64,000 nt of DNA, from assembly GCF_009914755.1 (NCBI RefSeq), contig NC_060932.1. One strand, 5' to 3'. Source of the DNA: the human T2T-CHM13v2.0 reference genome, Homo sapiens. Below are positions 1 through 19,416 of this stretch, in pieces. Position 1 is the first letter of the stretch. Every line of letters begins with the position of its first letter. Under the pieces are notes generated by a model that saw nothing but the letters and a program-made list of their open reading frames with translations, did no database searches and was not told the origin of the DNA. The translations under genes were made by a program, and so were the position numbers.

Positions 1-454
1 TCTCTTCTTGATGCTCCCATGCCAAATTGTATGTGCTTCTCTCATTATTCTCTATTACCTTGTTTCATGATCATGAATATACAGTTTATGTGTCCAAAAA
101 GGAGTAAGTAAAAAAGTTTAGCTGTGATGGCTTGCCTCTTTAATCTACTCTATATTTACTGAGGGCACAGATTGTGTCTTAGTCACCTTTCTATTCCTGG
201 TCTGGCATGCTACCTGTACAAGAAAAGCACTAAGTAAATATAGATTGGTTGACCAGATGAACAAATGATGAATGGTTGCCAGACACTGAAATAGACATTT
301 CACATACTGTGATGATGAACTGTATGAATTGCTGCTATTCAATAATGTTTTAACCTGTAAAGGGTAATTTGGCATCGTTCAACTTACAAGAACAATTGGT
401 TTTGCAGTTCAAATGCCAGAACTGTAATAACTACTGCGTATGCTTTTTAAAGCT

Positions 455-610
455 TAATACTTATTTAATAGCTCCTATGAGATAATCAACATACTACCCC
501 ATTTTACAAAGGTAGATAAAAGACTTAAGTAGGGTAAATAATTTGCCATGGTCACATGGCTAATAAGTGATTGAGTGGGATCAAGCATACATTTGTCCAA
601 CTTAGGGTTG
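455..610 (-). mobile_element. MIR SINE fragment
   Basis: cccattttacaaagg...aatttgccatggtcacatggctaataagtg matches the reverse complement of the MIR core; a second MIR-like piece follows at about 650-800. Confidence 0.6.
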
Positions 611-902
611 GAGTGATACATACTAGAATATGTTCTGTCTGCATTAAGCTTCAAAACAACTCAATGAAATAGATAGTATTTTCTCATTTTACACCTATGA
701 CTTAGAGAGGTGGCATGATTGCCTGTGATCATAGAGAGCTAACAATAGAGCTAAATTCAATCTACGTCTTGACAGCTCCAAATTTTGTGCTCCTTGAACT
801 ACATGACTCTGCCTTTCCCTTTGCCACTGTTAAATGATGAGTAACAATCAAAACCACTCGGGCTTTTATCCCTAGAAATCACAAAATATATATATTAAAG
901 TG

Positions 903-1080
903 TGGCATTTCCCAAAATGTATTTCATGGAACCCTAAGATTAAAGAAAAAGCCCCATGACCAAATATCATTTATCGTAGCCCTCTTGAAAACTCACAATG
1001 GATGCTGCTATTAATGATCTAGAATTATGCAGTAAAAAACAAAAGCAAAAAACCCTGATCATTTGCATTTCAACATATAT
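903..1080. mobile_element. hAT-Charlie MER103-like DNA transposon fragment
   Basis: catttcccaaaatgtatttcatggaac and ctcttgaaaactcacaatg...tgcagtaaaaaac resemble the MER103C consensus as recalled. Confidence 0.45.
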
Positions 1081-1487
1081 TTTTATTTCTCTACTTTGCT
1101 CCAGACTCTTCTTTGATCTTCTACCTGGGGTTCAGAGGCCTGGAACTAATTTCTAGTATTTAGAGTGCCTTTAGAGGGAGGAGACAGCTCACCCAGAGCA
1201 TGTCCCAAAGTTGTGTCAATACCTTAATATTCTGGGATTTTACTAGGGATTGTTTGGATCATGGAAAATATGATCCCGGGAGGCACTCCTACTCGTATCC
1301 AAACACACTGGACTCAGGAGTCGTCTGTCTCCACAATCTGTATGTATGATAAGACTCCTCAAAGCAAAAGCGTTTTGAAGATGGAAGGGTTAACAAGTGT
1401 TAACTTGAAACTCCACAATGTTTGTGGCATTTTCGTAATGCCTATATTATTTATTAATTGGGCCTCTTTTGTTTTCAAGTGGTGGAA

Positions 1488-1950
1488 TTCTAACTGAAAT
1501 TAGCTTCTGCCAAAAAATTGTGTGTGTGTGTGTGTTTTGGGGTAGATGGGTTCATCTGCTCATATAACTGAGAGTCCAGGGATATTCTGGATGTCAGGAA
1601 CTGCTTGATTCAGTTGCTCAAACTTTGTCCCCAAACTCTCTCTCTCTATCGTCTGGCTCTTCTTTCTTGTGTGGGCATCATTCTCAGATAAGTAGTGGCA
1701 AGCTCCAGACTTATTCCACCAGCATAGCAACTTCGGTGAAAAGAGAGCTTTTCTGGGTTTTGTGATTAGAGCACATCACATACCATTCCCTGAACCAATT
1801 AATCACTATGACTCTCCTAGGCAGGCCATAGTCAGCCTGGGGCCTAAAAGTAAAATTAACCCTGCATGAGCCACTGAAATGGAGGAGAGGTAGTTCCCTA
1901 AATAAAACCAAGGATATGCTGCCACAAAAGAGTGGTTGCTTGTTGGGCCA
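1488..1950 (-). mobile_element. MaLR LTR (MLT1K/L-like) containing a short (TG)n
   Basis: ctcatataactgagagtccaggg...aagctccagacttat...cattccctgaaccaat...atcact are typical old MLT1 motifs. Confidence 0.55.
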
Positions 1951-3554
1951 ACATCCATGCTCCCAGGTATCACATATTATTTCCTAAAGTCTAAAAAGCT
2001 CTCATGGACGATGAAAATTAAATTCCTGATGCCACAATTGTATTTATTTGTTTGTTTTCCTAAAAACCTAAACTACTTATAAACTCAATGCCAAATCATT
2101 ATTATAGGACCTGGCTATCTGAGAACATATCAGTATCTGTTTACAAATAGAAGATAAATTGCAGATGTGTGACATTTTGCAAAAATGCCTTGACTGAGAT
2201 TTTTGATAGTGTTTTCTTATGGTGTGAAAATAGGCCCATTTAATGTTTAACTATTACCATCTAGGAGGCATGCTTGCTTCCTAAAGTGTTCCTAAATGTA
2301 GGCTAGTAACAAAATTAAATATGACTATAAATCTCTCCTTGTCAGCGTGTCCATCAAATAATTATTATAAAATAAAATTGTATTATATCACTTAGTGCTT
2401 TTTGACAGGTTGCCATCATCTTGTTTTATAAAAATTTTTAAAAGTATAGTAGTTGGCATTAACATTCGAATCTGATGTACATTGTTCCTGCCTCACCTAC
2501 CCCTTGTCATTCCAGAAAGTAATTAGGTCATCCAGACATTGATGGACCAGACCTGTTGGGTCGTCTGTTTTTTGCCATTATTCTCAACAGACTCCAGATA
2601 ATTCTAATTTACTTATCTCTATGGATAAATACTAAAAAGCATAATGCTGAAGTTAAAAGGAGCTCTGCTGGAGAGTAGGGTGAGCAAAGGCCTGCCCACT
2701 TACTCCTAAAATCCACTGTCTGTTGAGCACTGATGATCTACTTCTTTACCTTACCTTCTTATATGCTATCTACCGTTTGCAAAGTATGGTGACCTTTTCA
2801 TATGAAAAACAAATAGTGTACTTAGAATTTTACGTTTTGAGGATATTTAAAATTACACCTTTAGCATCTTTCATGTGGGTTTAATCACTCAGCTTCAAAT
2901 CGGGAATAATTACATTATTTAGTTTTTCAATTTTCTTGTAGTTGTTATTTCAAAGTAGCCACATTCTCTAGGTCTCCAGATTAAGAGAATAAACACTGTC
3001 AATCAAGAGAGTGAAAAAGTATCTGCTAACCCTCACTCTCACCTCAACAACATAATATTTCTTTATATGCGAAGCCACAATATTATTATAAAAATCTATA
3101 TTTCATGTGTAACCTTAGACAAATCATTTGCCCACTCTAATCTTGATTTTCTCAGCTGTGAAAATGGAATAGCAATGGCTACCATGCAGGATTTTTGTGA
3201 AGCACCCATTTACATGATTGCAGAGGTTATGATCAATATTATGTTGCTGATTATCATACAAGCAGTCCTTGTGGTCATAAGTCAGTACACACTGAGAGAA
3301 AATGAAGCCAGGCCTCCATGTTGGTATCAAGCATATAGTGATATCGTATTTATAGCGAAGACTTCTACAAGTCTTATTCAGTCACTTTGAACCCACAGAA
3401 TATTTGCAGAGATCTGTGTCACAGAATTAGAGACCTGAAGCCTGTCTGGGAGCATATCATTGGATTTTTTTCTTGGGCACGTGATACTTTTATTTTAGTG
3501 AAAGTCTTATATACAATGCTAGTATAAAGATGAAAATGATGATATTATTAATAC

Positions 3555-3770
3555 TAATAATAGCAATTACTATTTATTAATCTTTGTTCTATTCTAGACA
3601 CTGTTCTAATCACTTTACGTACATTTTCTTGCTTACAATACAAATTCATGATATCGAAACAGTGCTTTTCCCATTTTACAGATGAATAAATTTAGGTTTC
3701 GATGGGTTAAGTAAGTTAAAATGAAGAAGTTGGGATTCAATCTTAAGCTTGTTGACTTCAATTCCCAATT
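3555..3770 (-). mobile_element. MIR SINE
   Basis: aatagcaattactatttatt...cccattttacagatgaataaatttagg...ggttaagtaa. Confidence 0.6.
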
Positions 3771-4689
3771 GTACAATCAACAAAATTTTGGAAGATGCCA
3801 TTTACTAAGCCAAGGTTACAGGTTATTGCCTTTCTTTGCAAATTTGCATACATATTTATCAGCAATTTTTTTTCCCATTCTTTGGCTTGACTTTAAAGAG
3901 ATTATTCAAACACTAAAACAGCAGTGGCAGCAATAGTTTATGCTAATTTCTTTGTTGTTTCTGAGACCACAGCAATTTCAAATCATGTAGACGGCTGCAC
4001 AGCAATCTCAAAATCATACTATGACAGCCTTCAAAGTTCTGATTTTGCAAGGTTCTTATGAATTTAAGCATGCAATTAGTTAATTTAACCATTTTTGAAT
4101 GTCCTTTATGTCCAAGGGCCTATTCTAGGCACCATTGAAATAATGACAGAAATTCTAGTATGATTTAGCTTGAGTAAGTAACTTTCTGCACACTCTCTAA
4201 ATTAAATTTTCAAAACAAATGTCTTTCATTACAAAGATTCTTGTAAAAGTCCGAACCATGTTCCACCTTAAAATAGATAATCTGTTGCATGTTACTAGAA
4301 TTTTCAAACAATAGCTTTGTCTAATGTGGCAGCCAATTTTCAGAGTAGCCCAAAAGTTAATGTTTAACTTTACCTAGAGGGTATAATGTTGTATAAATAA
4401 TAAACTAATTTAAAAGGAAAAATTTGCGTTCATATTTTACGCATTTATTTAACTATTCAGTAATTCATAGAAAATGTATAACCATTGTCTAATTTTACAG
4501 TATTCTTGAAAGAGGGTGAGTGCCCGAACTAAATATTTAGCAGTGGGAATTATAAAATCATAAGGCGATTAAGTTAGCTAGTCGCAGAATTCCAATATTG
4601 CTTTTTAAATGACTTCAGGATATAGGAGGTACTAAGGTTATTATCTGTTATCAGGAATACAGTGGAATTGTACAACTGGATAATAACCA

Positions 4690-4930
4690 AACAAACTGAC
4701 ACAATGTAAAATTACATTATCAGTGTGTTAAAACAAAATTGCGCCCTAAAGGAGTCCACATGCCAGCTCAGAGCTGCAGTGTAATTATGCTTAACTCTGA
4801 TAATTAAAATACTACGGAGATCAACAGAATCATTTTCATTAAGAAAATTATTAATGATGGTGGTATAACAGTAATTGATTGCAGAGCACCACAGGATAAC
4901 GCGATGCCGAAAACCCATGTTTCATGAACA
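4690..4930. promoter_or_regulatory. candidate conserved non-coding/enhancer block
   Basis: Repeat-free, several TAAT/ATTA homeodomain cores (gtaattatg, gataattaa, aattattaatg, gtaattgattg) and retained CpGs; conservation not tested. Confidence 0.3.
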
Positions 4931-7429
4931 TCTGAGGCTTTTTCTGGTTACGTTCTATTAATATTTTGAGGAGTGAGCAATTTATTATTCCTTTCCTAGG
5001 AATCTATGATTGTAAAAATGGCTGCTTTTTAAAAACCACAGTTTTGATTCAAATTGTCATTTCTAAGGGGTTCTTAAGGTCAAGACAAGTGACCCCACTA
5101 GTGACTGTGTTATTTAAAATAGAGCTGTCTGTTGCAAATTGCAGAATGGCAGCAACTTCTGCAAATAGTGAGCCTTGTGTCATTTCCATTTCTTACTATG
5201 CATTTACTGTTTTTACTGTTATGTTAGTGATTTATTGATGTTATTTCAATCTGAGTCTGGGTGTACTGAATAGTTTATTGTCTTTAGTTATTACTACTAT
5301 ATGCTATATGATGTGAAAAATACATTTGTTTTTATATCAGCATCACTGTGAGTTTCCTTAATGAAATGTTGGTAAATAGCCCTGCACAATAATCCCACTA
5401 ATTACCTTAGTTGATTAGATGTGCTGTCCTATTTTGGAGAAAAAAAATATCCTAAACCACCCTGGATCCATGCATGAATGAAGCTTCTGTCTCTTAACGG
5501 TAGAAACCCAGTTAGAATCCTGGCAAATGATAAGAACTAAGAATATATCAGTTTTATAAGTATAAAAATGAGAAATGAAGAGTGGGGTCTTTGAGAGGTG
5601 ACTCACTGTCATTCAAGGATGTTAGCTTGTCATTCAAAGAGATGCTAATCTTGAAAGCTACCCCCAAAAGTATCTTTGTCAGTTGAAATGAGGGACAACT
5701 CTTTAGGGTAGATTTTTTTTCAGGGTAAGATACTGAGAATAGTTTTTAAAACACTGTATTATGTAGAAAAAATTATTATAAGATAAATCTAGGTGAAAAA
5801 AGGCAGAATATGCGGCTTTGTGCCTAACATGATTATGCTTAAAAACTGTATGCACAGGAAGACATACTGGAAAGAAACAGTGTGAAATTATAAAGATATT
5901 TCTGTTAAAGTGGCAAGACTTAGGGAGATTTTTGGTATCCTTTTTCATAATTTTCTTCACTTTGATTATTTTACTTATATAATTTAAGATAAATATTTGC
6001 ATTTGAAAATCATTCTTTGTCTTAACTACATTCTTACTCTTCTTTTTACACAACCCAACTAAAACAAAGAAATCTTTGCCTTATCCACAAAGTGTCCTTC
6101 CTCCACAGAATTTAAATTGTTTCCTAGTGATATAATTACTTTTCTTTAGTAACTCTGTGAAAGTCCTGCCACTTTGTTTTTCATAAGATAATTTTCCAAA
6201 TAAAATACACATAACTGAGCACATGCTCTGCCCACGATATGGCCCAGGTGTCATGAGGAGTACAAATGAATATGAGACACCCCCCAGCTTAAGAAGCTTA
6301 TTGAAAGAGCTTACTTGATGAAAGATGTATAGTAATGAATTCAGTCTCATACAGTCAACAAATGTTCACAAAGATGTGGAATTTTGGTTGGATATTGAAT
6401 GTTGAGTATCAGTTTGAGTAATGGGGTGAAGGCTTTTAAGGAGGTTAAAATGTGTGCCTAAAAGCTCCTAGGCTACAATGCATACAATGTGTTCATGAGT
6501 GTATCTGTTCAGTTTAGTTAAAGTTGAGAATTTACAAATGTGACTGTTGAGGAGCAGGCCTCCAAAAGTTCCTGAGAGCCATGTTATGGACACACTTGAA
6601 TGCTCGTTCTGAAAACCTTAGCATGGAAGCAGCGGGGAGAGCTGCTGACATTTTGAGGGTACACGTGATGAAATCGAGATTCTAGTAAGATTATTGTGTC
6701 AAAAGTTAAGCATAGGTCCATCCATTAACAAAACCAGGACTTACGTGTCATGAAAATAATGGTGTTACACACCTCTAGAAAACATTAGTAGTAAACCATC
6801 TGCCTTACTTCACTCATTACCAGACTTCGACAATTTTTCAACACCAAATGAACCTGCAATCTACTCACTGCATCACCATCGTTTTCCTATCAGCCCCTCC
6901 CATGCTTACTTCCAGGTTACCCAATGTGGATTCCATGGGTCTGTCATTCTAATCACTTTCTTAGACTCCATTACCCTTCTCTCTCTCTTTTTGGTCTTTA
7001 CTGGCCTGGTAATTCCTCATTCTAGTTAATCCAGCTCTCCACTTTCTCCTGGCCACATCCAAGCAGCAGATATTAGGTAAATTAGTATTTGTGAAGTACC
7101 TAGAATAGTGTCTGGTCCACAATGAGTACTATATAAATGTATGGTAAAAATAAAACAAAGGAATTACCACCAATACCAACAACAACAAAAAATCAATGCT
7201 GATCAGTGTTATGTTACTTTTGACCACAAGGAGATGTGAGCCCTCAGTATACGTGGTCTGACAATCAAAATTTGTTCTCCTAATCAGTCTTCAAGGTACT
7301 ATTTCAGACTTCTGACACCCCAAATATTTAACATCCTCTGTTAAATAATGTCTTTACTTCTTGTTTCACAAAGAAAATGAGAAAGTGGTAGCACACGTAA
7401 TGCTCCAAGGATCACAATTGGACTGATTA

Positions 7430-7644
7430 CAAGGATTGATAAATAATGCAGAGCCAAATCTGACCCATGACCTGTTTTTGTAAATAAAGTTTTACTGGAA
7501 CACAGCCACAGCAATTTGTTTATACATTGTCTATGGCCACTTTCACGTTATAACGTCAGAGTTGAGTGGCTGGAACAGAGACAATCTAGTTTGTAAAACC
7601 TAAAATATTATGTGGTTCTTCATGGAAAAACTTGCCAACTCCTG
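7430..7644. mobile_element. MER58A (hAT-Charlie MITE)
   Basis: gccaaatctgacccatgacctgtttttgtaaataaagttttactggaacacagccac...aaaaacttgccaactcctg; about 215 bp. Confidence 0.85.
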
Positions 7645-7825
7645 AACTAAACCTACAAACTTATTACTTGGCCTTATATGATCTGCTCTTGGATGCTTCT
7701 GTGGCTTCTCTTTCCATTGCTCTTTAGCTACTTTGTTCCAGTTGCATGGGCTCCTTGCTTTTGCTTAAAAATACAAACAGTGACACTACCTCAGGGCCTT
7801 TGCACTGTGCGCTGGCTCTGCATTG

Positions 7826-7964
7826 CTTTTATTTTTCTTTCTTTTCTTTTTTTTTTTTTTAAAAAAAAAACAGGGTTTTGCCATGTTGGCCAGGCTGGGT
7901 CTCAAACTCCTGGCCTCAGCTTCTCAAAGTGCTGGGATTACAGGCATGAGCTACCACACTCGGC
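7826..7964 (-). mobile_element. Alu monomer (FLAM-like/left arm) with internal deletion
   Basis: T-rich tail, then cagggttttgccatgttggccaggctgg...caaagtgctgggattacaggcatgagc; lacks the gtgatcc...cctc segment. Confidence 0.8.
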
Positions 7965-8159
7965 TCTCTATGACTTCTTTCTGAACTCCTCCAAGATGTT
8001 GCCTCCCAAATTGTCTGTCTGAACAGTCTGCCTAACTACCCTGTCTAAAATGCTCTGTCTCTCTCTCTTTCTGTTTTTCTCTCTCTCTCTCCCTCGCTCC
8101 CCATACCCCCATCACCACCATTTCTCTCTTTCTCTCCCTGTTTCTCTCTTTCTCCTCTA

Positions 8160-8524
8160 TATCCATCAGTTCAGGAAACTATAACAAAATACCATAGACT
8201 TGGTGACTTAAACAATAAATATTTATTTCTCATGGTTCCGGAGACTGGGAAGTCCATGATTAGGATGCTGGCAGTTTCACACTTGGTGAGAGCTCTCTTC
8301 TGGGTTTGTGGATGGGCACCTTCTTGCTGCATAGTCACAAAGTACAGTGGGAGCTAAGGAGATCTCTCTTGCTTTTCTTCTTATGTGTACACTCATCCCA
8401 TTATGAGAGCTCCACCCTCATGACCTAATTGCCTCACAAAAGCCTTACCTCCTAATGCCATCACATTTGGGGTTAGAGTTCCAACATATACATTTTGGGG
8501 AGACATAAACATTCAGTTGATAAC
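8160..8524 (-). mobile_element. MaLR solo LTR (MLT1A-like)
   Basis: ctataacaaaataccatagacttggtgacttaaac...ggagactgggaagtcc...ccctcatgacctaat...ggggagacataaacattcag. Confidence 0.85.
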
Positions 8525-8589
8525 CTCCTCTGTATCAGTTATCTTTATATTTGATATTTGATTATTGACCAAAGAATTTTAATGTCAGT

Positions 8590-8700
8590 TTTTTATCCTT
8601 AGAATGGGAGTTCTATAAGGACAGGGATTTTTTTTTCTGTTTTTTAAACAGTGCATGGCACATAATAGCTGCTCAATGAATATTTTTGAATAAACAAGTG
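8590..8700 (+). mobile_element. L2 3' end
   Basis: cagtgcatggcacataatagctgctcaatgaatatttttgaataaa. Confidence 0.6.
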
Positions 8701-9106
8701 GATAAACCAGTATGATGCAGTTTTTTCTTTAACATAGAAAGCTATGATGTCTATTTAATAATAGTCTTACAATATTCTTCTTGACTTTCTTTGACTTTCT
8801 ACAGTATCCTAAAACTTTATTATTTAACTTTGCTCCTTTCACATTTATAATTTACAAGATTTATTTTCTCTGTTGTTCTCTGACTATTGTTCTCTGACTA
8901 TTCTTTTGTTTATCATCTTGCTCTTTTTATGCGAATAGTCATTCTTTTATCTCTGAAGATAGAAACTGGAGGACATTTGGGAAGGGATATGTCCTGTGCA
9001 TTGTTTCTTTTCTCTTGCCTATTCTGTTCCCGTATTTAATGTTGACACTTTTCTCCAATGGCTTGAGATACATGGATGTCTGCTTTTTATTTTAAGAGCA
9101 GGCCAC

Positions 9107-10122
<1,016 letters not shown>

Positions 10123-10934
10123 ATACTAAAGGCTGCATGGAAAGGCAGCTTGAGTAGGCAGGACTTATCAACTGGAGGATTTTGCATAGAATCATAGGCT
10201 GATGACAATCCATTCATGGTAATGAGGTCCCCAAATAACTGTGTATTTAATACTTTGATCTCAGCATGCTTAACTTCTCCCAAGAACAACAGTCCCCCGA
10301 GATTTATGAACCTTGCAGCCAGCATTCTGAAGGAGAGTGGGACCTGGTGGTGCGTTGGGGAAGTCCTGTCTCATTGTTGAGATTGTAGATGATCCCTTAT
10401 TCTTCTAATTCAGATGTCATATTAGCACCTGTCTTTGCTGAGCCTGTGCCCCTGGATCTAAAGGCTCTATATGCCAGTTTTCCAAAGATTAAACCTCCAT
10501 CTCCTAACAGTGGGAAAGGGATGTAACCTAGCTCTATAGGAAATGGCTGGGCCTGGAGGGAAACAGCTTCGTCCTCAGAATGCCTGTCCAAGTTTTAGCT
10601 CCACTGCTCATCCTCCCTCTCAAGGTACCAGGTGCCTTTACTTCCTGATCTGTTTTGGGATTCTGCAGACGAAATCTGCCTGCTTCTTGTTGGCCTGCAG
10701 CTCTTCAAGTACTTAGATTTCAGCTTTCTGGCTGTGCTGTGTCATTTCATCAATTTTCTAGATTCCAATATTTTGTTGACTTCTATTGTATAATCTGCCC
10801 TGTCTCTTTGCCCTTATCACCTTGTTTTCTTCTTTACTGTCGTTTTAGTAAAAGGAAGTAGAAATAAATGCATGCAATCAATTCACCACTAAAGTGCAAT
10901 CATTCACTTCCTTAGTAGGAAGCCCCCTTTGCTC

Positions 10935-14483
<3,549 letters not shown>

Positions 14484-14853
14484 TTCTTATGCAAGCTTCT
14501 GCAAAGTTTTCTGACCTCATTCCTTGGACTTCTTCAATTCTAGCGTCTTCTTTCTTGTTCAGTTTTTGTCTTTAAAACTCCACTGAAGTGACTCTTACAG
14601 GTCTCCTGCAGTCTACTTGTTGCCAAGTTTTCATTATGTTGGGCTTGATCTAGTCATCCCCTTCCATGCCCAGTGACAAGTCTCTCCATATATATAACTG
14701 TACATCCACTGCATGTTGTCATTCTTTAGTTTTTTTCTCCTCATTTATGTATTTTCCTTTGACTACCTCATTTATATTTTGTAACTACTCAGTGCCTGAG
14801 AGCCTCATCTGTTACTCCTCTTCCCCAGAAACTCTATGTTTCAATCATACTCA

Positions 14854-15063
<210 letters not shown>

Positions 15064-15798
15064 TTATATCTACCCTTGTACATCATATTTCCTTTGCCTG
15101 ATAACCTTCTCACCATCTGTATCATTTTTAACAGGTACCATTAAATATTTAGTGTGTATCAACACCTCTAAAAGGCCTTCTTTACCCTGTCCCCATAAGA
15201 AGAAAGATCCAGCCCAGGGTGGGTATTCTACCAAGCTGGATGTGAACACCTCAAAGGCAACAATTCAATTTTTCACCTCTGTAACTCCACAGCCAGCGCA
15301 CAGTATACACCCACTGAATTTTGAATTATTATGTAATGAGATTTATTATGCATCATTCAACAGAATAAACTCTAGTGTTACCTGATTGAGTTTCAGAAAT
15401 TACTCATGTGGAAATCATTTGAAAATCCAGTACCCACAATGGATTCTCCCCATGTCTCAAAAAATGTAACATTCCTTAGTGAGATTTTTAAAATACCAGA
15501 GAATCTAGATGAAGAGGATTCCTTTGAAATGTTGCATATATACATAGCATATATTATGCTGCATCAGTCAGCATGGCAGTGTATACAAGAATTTGAAACA
15601 AAACCTACATAGATGCAAAAGATGTTGTCAAACCACAGGGTTTGGTTCGACATCTTTGCATAGCAGCCATGCCAAGTCATTGGCTTGCTATTACTGGGTG
15701 GTTCTTTTTGGACCCACTTTACTGGTAAATAGTAACAGTGTCTGTTTCAGCTCTTCACTAGGGGAAGGTCAGTCAGAAACCTCTACTCTTTGCTCTAA

Positions 15799-16176
<378 letters not shown>

Positions 16177-17393
16177 AGCCCATTTTTGAAGCCTATTTTT
16201 AAAATTAAAACGTCACCTTATATGCCTGACATACAGTAGTACTTCAGAGAAGTTGTATTCTCATGAGGCTGTCTGAGGCCTGTGAAGACTGTCAAACAAC
16301 AGTAGGGTCAACCAAATAGTATACCATGGTGTTGCAAGCAAGAGTATTCCAATCAAGGAAATGGATCAGAAATACATATAGATAAGCTATTCCCATCTAT
16401 TTATGCATGTATTTCTAGCTACCTCCTATTGAAATTCAATGACAGTAAATTAAGCCAGTTTTTCCTTTAGAAATCTAGTACTCACCATCATTGTCTGGTA
16501 TACATTGTTAGTAAAGATTTTTAAGAATGATTATTCTCTAGGTCAGCTACGTTTAGCTTGTGCAGTCTTTCAAGAAATGGACGTTTCAGAGGTACATTAT
16601 AAAAATTTAAGATTTTCTGAATATTTATCAAATATTTATAATGAGGAATTTAAGATTCCATAATTCATTTTCTCAAATCAGTAATATATTACATTTCTGT
16701 TCACCTCTCCCCGAAAAAGATACATGTCTATAAAATAGTAAATACTCTGTGGTCTCAATTCCAGAACTAATCATATTATGCAAATAAGGCCTTAAGTAAA
16801 ATAGCAATAAGTCTTCAATGTTGCTATGTTTTGAGTGTAGATTTCTAGATTAAATTATGAAATTTTTCAATCAAATGTTCTCACCTATCAAATCCAGAAT
16901 GCCTTGACCTTAACCCTGTGGAAGCAAATAATGTGGACTGTGAAGGACATTTAGGACAAACAATAGCTTAGTTTAGATAGTCTTGCATTTTGACTAGAGA
17001 TACAAATAAGAAACAAAAACGAAGTAAGTAGAAAATGTAGTTTAAGAAAGTGAACACATTACATTTATTTTATCCATGGCTTTAAACATCACTGTTTAAG
17101 TTAACTATCTCAGGACAAATTAAGATAATGATTTTGCACACATCCAGTAATGAAGCAAACTGATACAAAAAAAAAGACCATTGTATGAAATTTGGAGGTG
17201 GGGTGTTCTTTAAGTCATTGAAATGGTAGTTGAATTGCCACTATATGCCAGGTAGAGAATCTGTTAACTTTTTGTAATATGTTCAAGTTATGTTTTACCT
17301 TCATTGATACTATGATATAGCTTGTCCATATCTAAATTATTCCGCCTTTTAAAAATTTGACTAATGTCTTACTACTTAACACATAATGTGCCA

Positions 17394-17522
17394 AGCAGCA
17401 ATATAACATTGGCTTGTTAGAAATGTAAAAGCTCAGGCCTCACTCAGACCTGCTAAATCCATATGTGCATTTTAACAAGATCCTAGGTGATCTGTGTGCA
17501 CATTCAAGTCTGAGAAGCCAGG
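17394..17522. mobile_element. MER5A-like hAT element
   Basis: cttgttagaaatgtaaaagctcaggcctcactcagacctgctaaatc...cattttaacaagatcc.aggtgat...cacattcaagtctgagaagcca. Confidence 0.8.
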
Positions 17523-17949
17523 GTCTAGTGATTACTGATGTGATTTTAACAGAAAAGGTACACTGTGGGATAGAAACAGTTAACCTTGCTACATAATGGT
17601 GTAATGACTCTCTGGCAGAGACTTGTGAATTTATTTGCATGTTAGAGGCAAATAGAAAACACAGAGCATGAGCGTATCATAAAGGAAAAATAAGAATGTT
17701 GAAAAGTTCTTCCTGTTTTGTCTTTATACAACAGCTTGTGTGCTATCTTTTTTTTTTTTTTTTTTTTTTTTTTTTGGCACTCCCTCTCATTCCCACAAAT
17801 GGGATTATAGAAAAGAAAAGAAAAGAAAATGCTGCTCTACTCTACTTAATGGGAACACTTATTGCTATTTGTCTTCTTCTCTCCAACACCTCTTATTTTA
17901 TATTAGGCATTAAATTGCAATGCTGCTTCTTTTCATTGTAAAAATGTCC

Positions 17950-18760
17950 CCACCTGTATGCCTTCAAATCAATTCATTGTTATTTTGCAAAACAAAATGC
18001 TAAATAAGTACTTAGGGGAAACACAGGCCCCTTGACCCCTGGAACTCTCAGGAGGCTTGCCTCTGTCATCCTTCCTGCGAAGTAAAAGAGGAAAAAAAGA
18101 GAAGGAAAAAAAAAAACAAATTTGCTGAGCCACACATTTCAAGTTGTCGACAACCCCATCCACGAGAAAACAGAAGAAAATATATATGCTCTCTGTCCTG
18201 TCAAAAGGCTTTCGCCTTATCTTGAGAGACTGTCAGGGCAGGAACATCAGTGAACGGACAGGAGTCTATTAAATTAATAAGCTGCTGGATGGTGTCTGGA
18301 GAGTTATGATGCTCCATAAATCCAGTTTGATCATGGTGGACAAGGTTTAAATCTGCAGACTTCTAATACACATCCAGTTCTTGGATTGGATTTGAAGTTT
18401 TGTGCCGGAGACACAGAGATAGTCCTGCAGCATGTGAATTAAGATTTATCTTTTTTTCTATCCTTTTTTTTTAAAAATGAAAGCACCTTAGGGATCCTAG
18501 CAACTGTTACTGCTGGAAATGAAAGAACTGTTGTCAAGGTGAAACTGTGACCTAGAAGCCTAAAATCAAACCTTGGTCATTCTATTCAAGCAGCTCCATC
18601 AGAACTGAGTATAAAAGGTCTGTGTGGAAGGAGAGATGCCTGAACTTATCTATAACCTATTTTGTAGTGACGCCTGTCAAATTACATTCATCTATATTTA
18701 TGACAGAAAGAAAACTAATGGTGTCAGATCTGCCTTATAGTCATAAAAAGAAAATCAGAA
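17950..18760. promoter_or_regulatory. candidate enhancer with TGACAG (MEIS/TALE) cluster
   Basis: Five exact TGACAG/CTGTCA at 18063, 18198, 18230, 18674 and 18701, plus CCATAAA/TCATAAA posterior-HOX/CDX-type motifs; repeat-free. Confidence 0.4.
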
Positions 18761-19109
18761 AATATTTTCTTCACCCCATTAAATAAAGTCCTCTGATACA
18801 GCCTTTTCTATGATATAAGGTTTATTTGAATTTTTGGCTTTCAACTACATGAAGCCAAAGAATTTTGTTTTAGTACTCAGACAGATTCCCAAATAAACTA
18901 TTAATTTTAGATTGCAACTTATTTACATAGTAATGATAAATAAAATCCGAGGAATAAAATTTGAATTTGTCCAGAACCATAAAATTCTCCTTGTTGAGTT
19001 GGTTTATTACACTGGTTATAATATTCAGACCATGAGGAAATTGTTAATTGCATGTTTATTTCATCGACTCACAATTATAAAGTTAAGCATTATTTTCTTG
19101 CATTGAGTC

Positions 19110-19416
<307 letters not shown>

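Noticed and set aside
7847-7870. T14-A10 palindrome resembling a terminator or hairpin
   Set aside because: Low-complexity junction of an Alu monomer tail; no functional support
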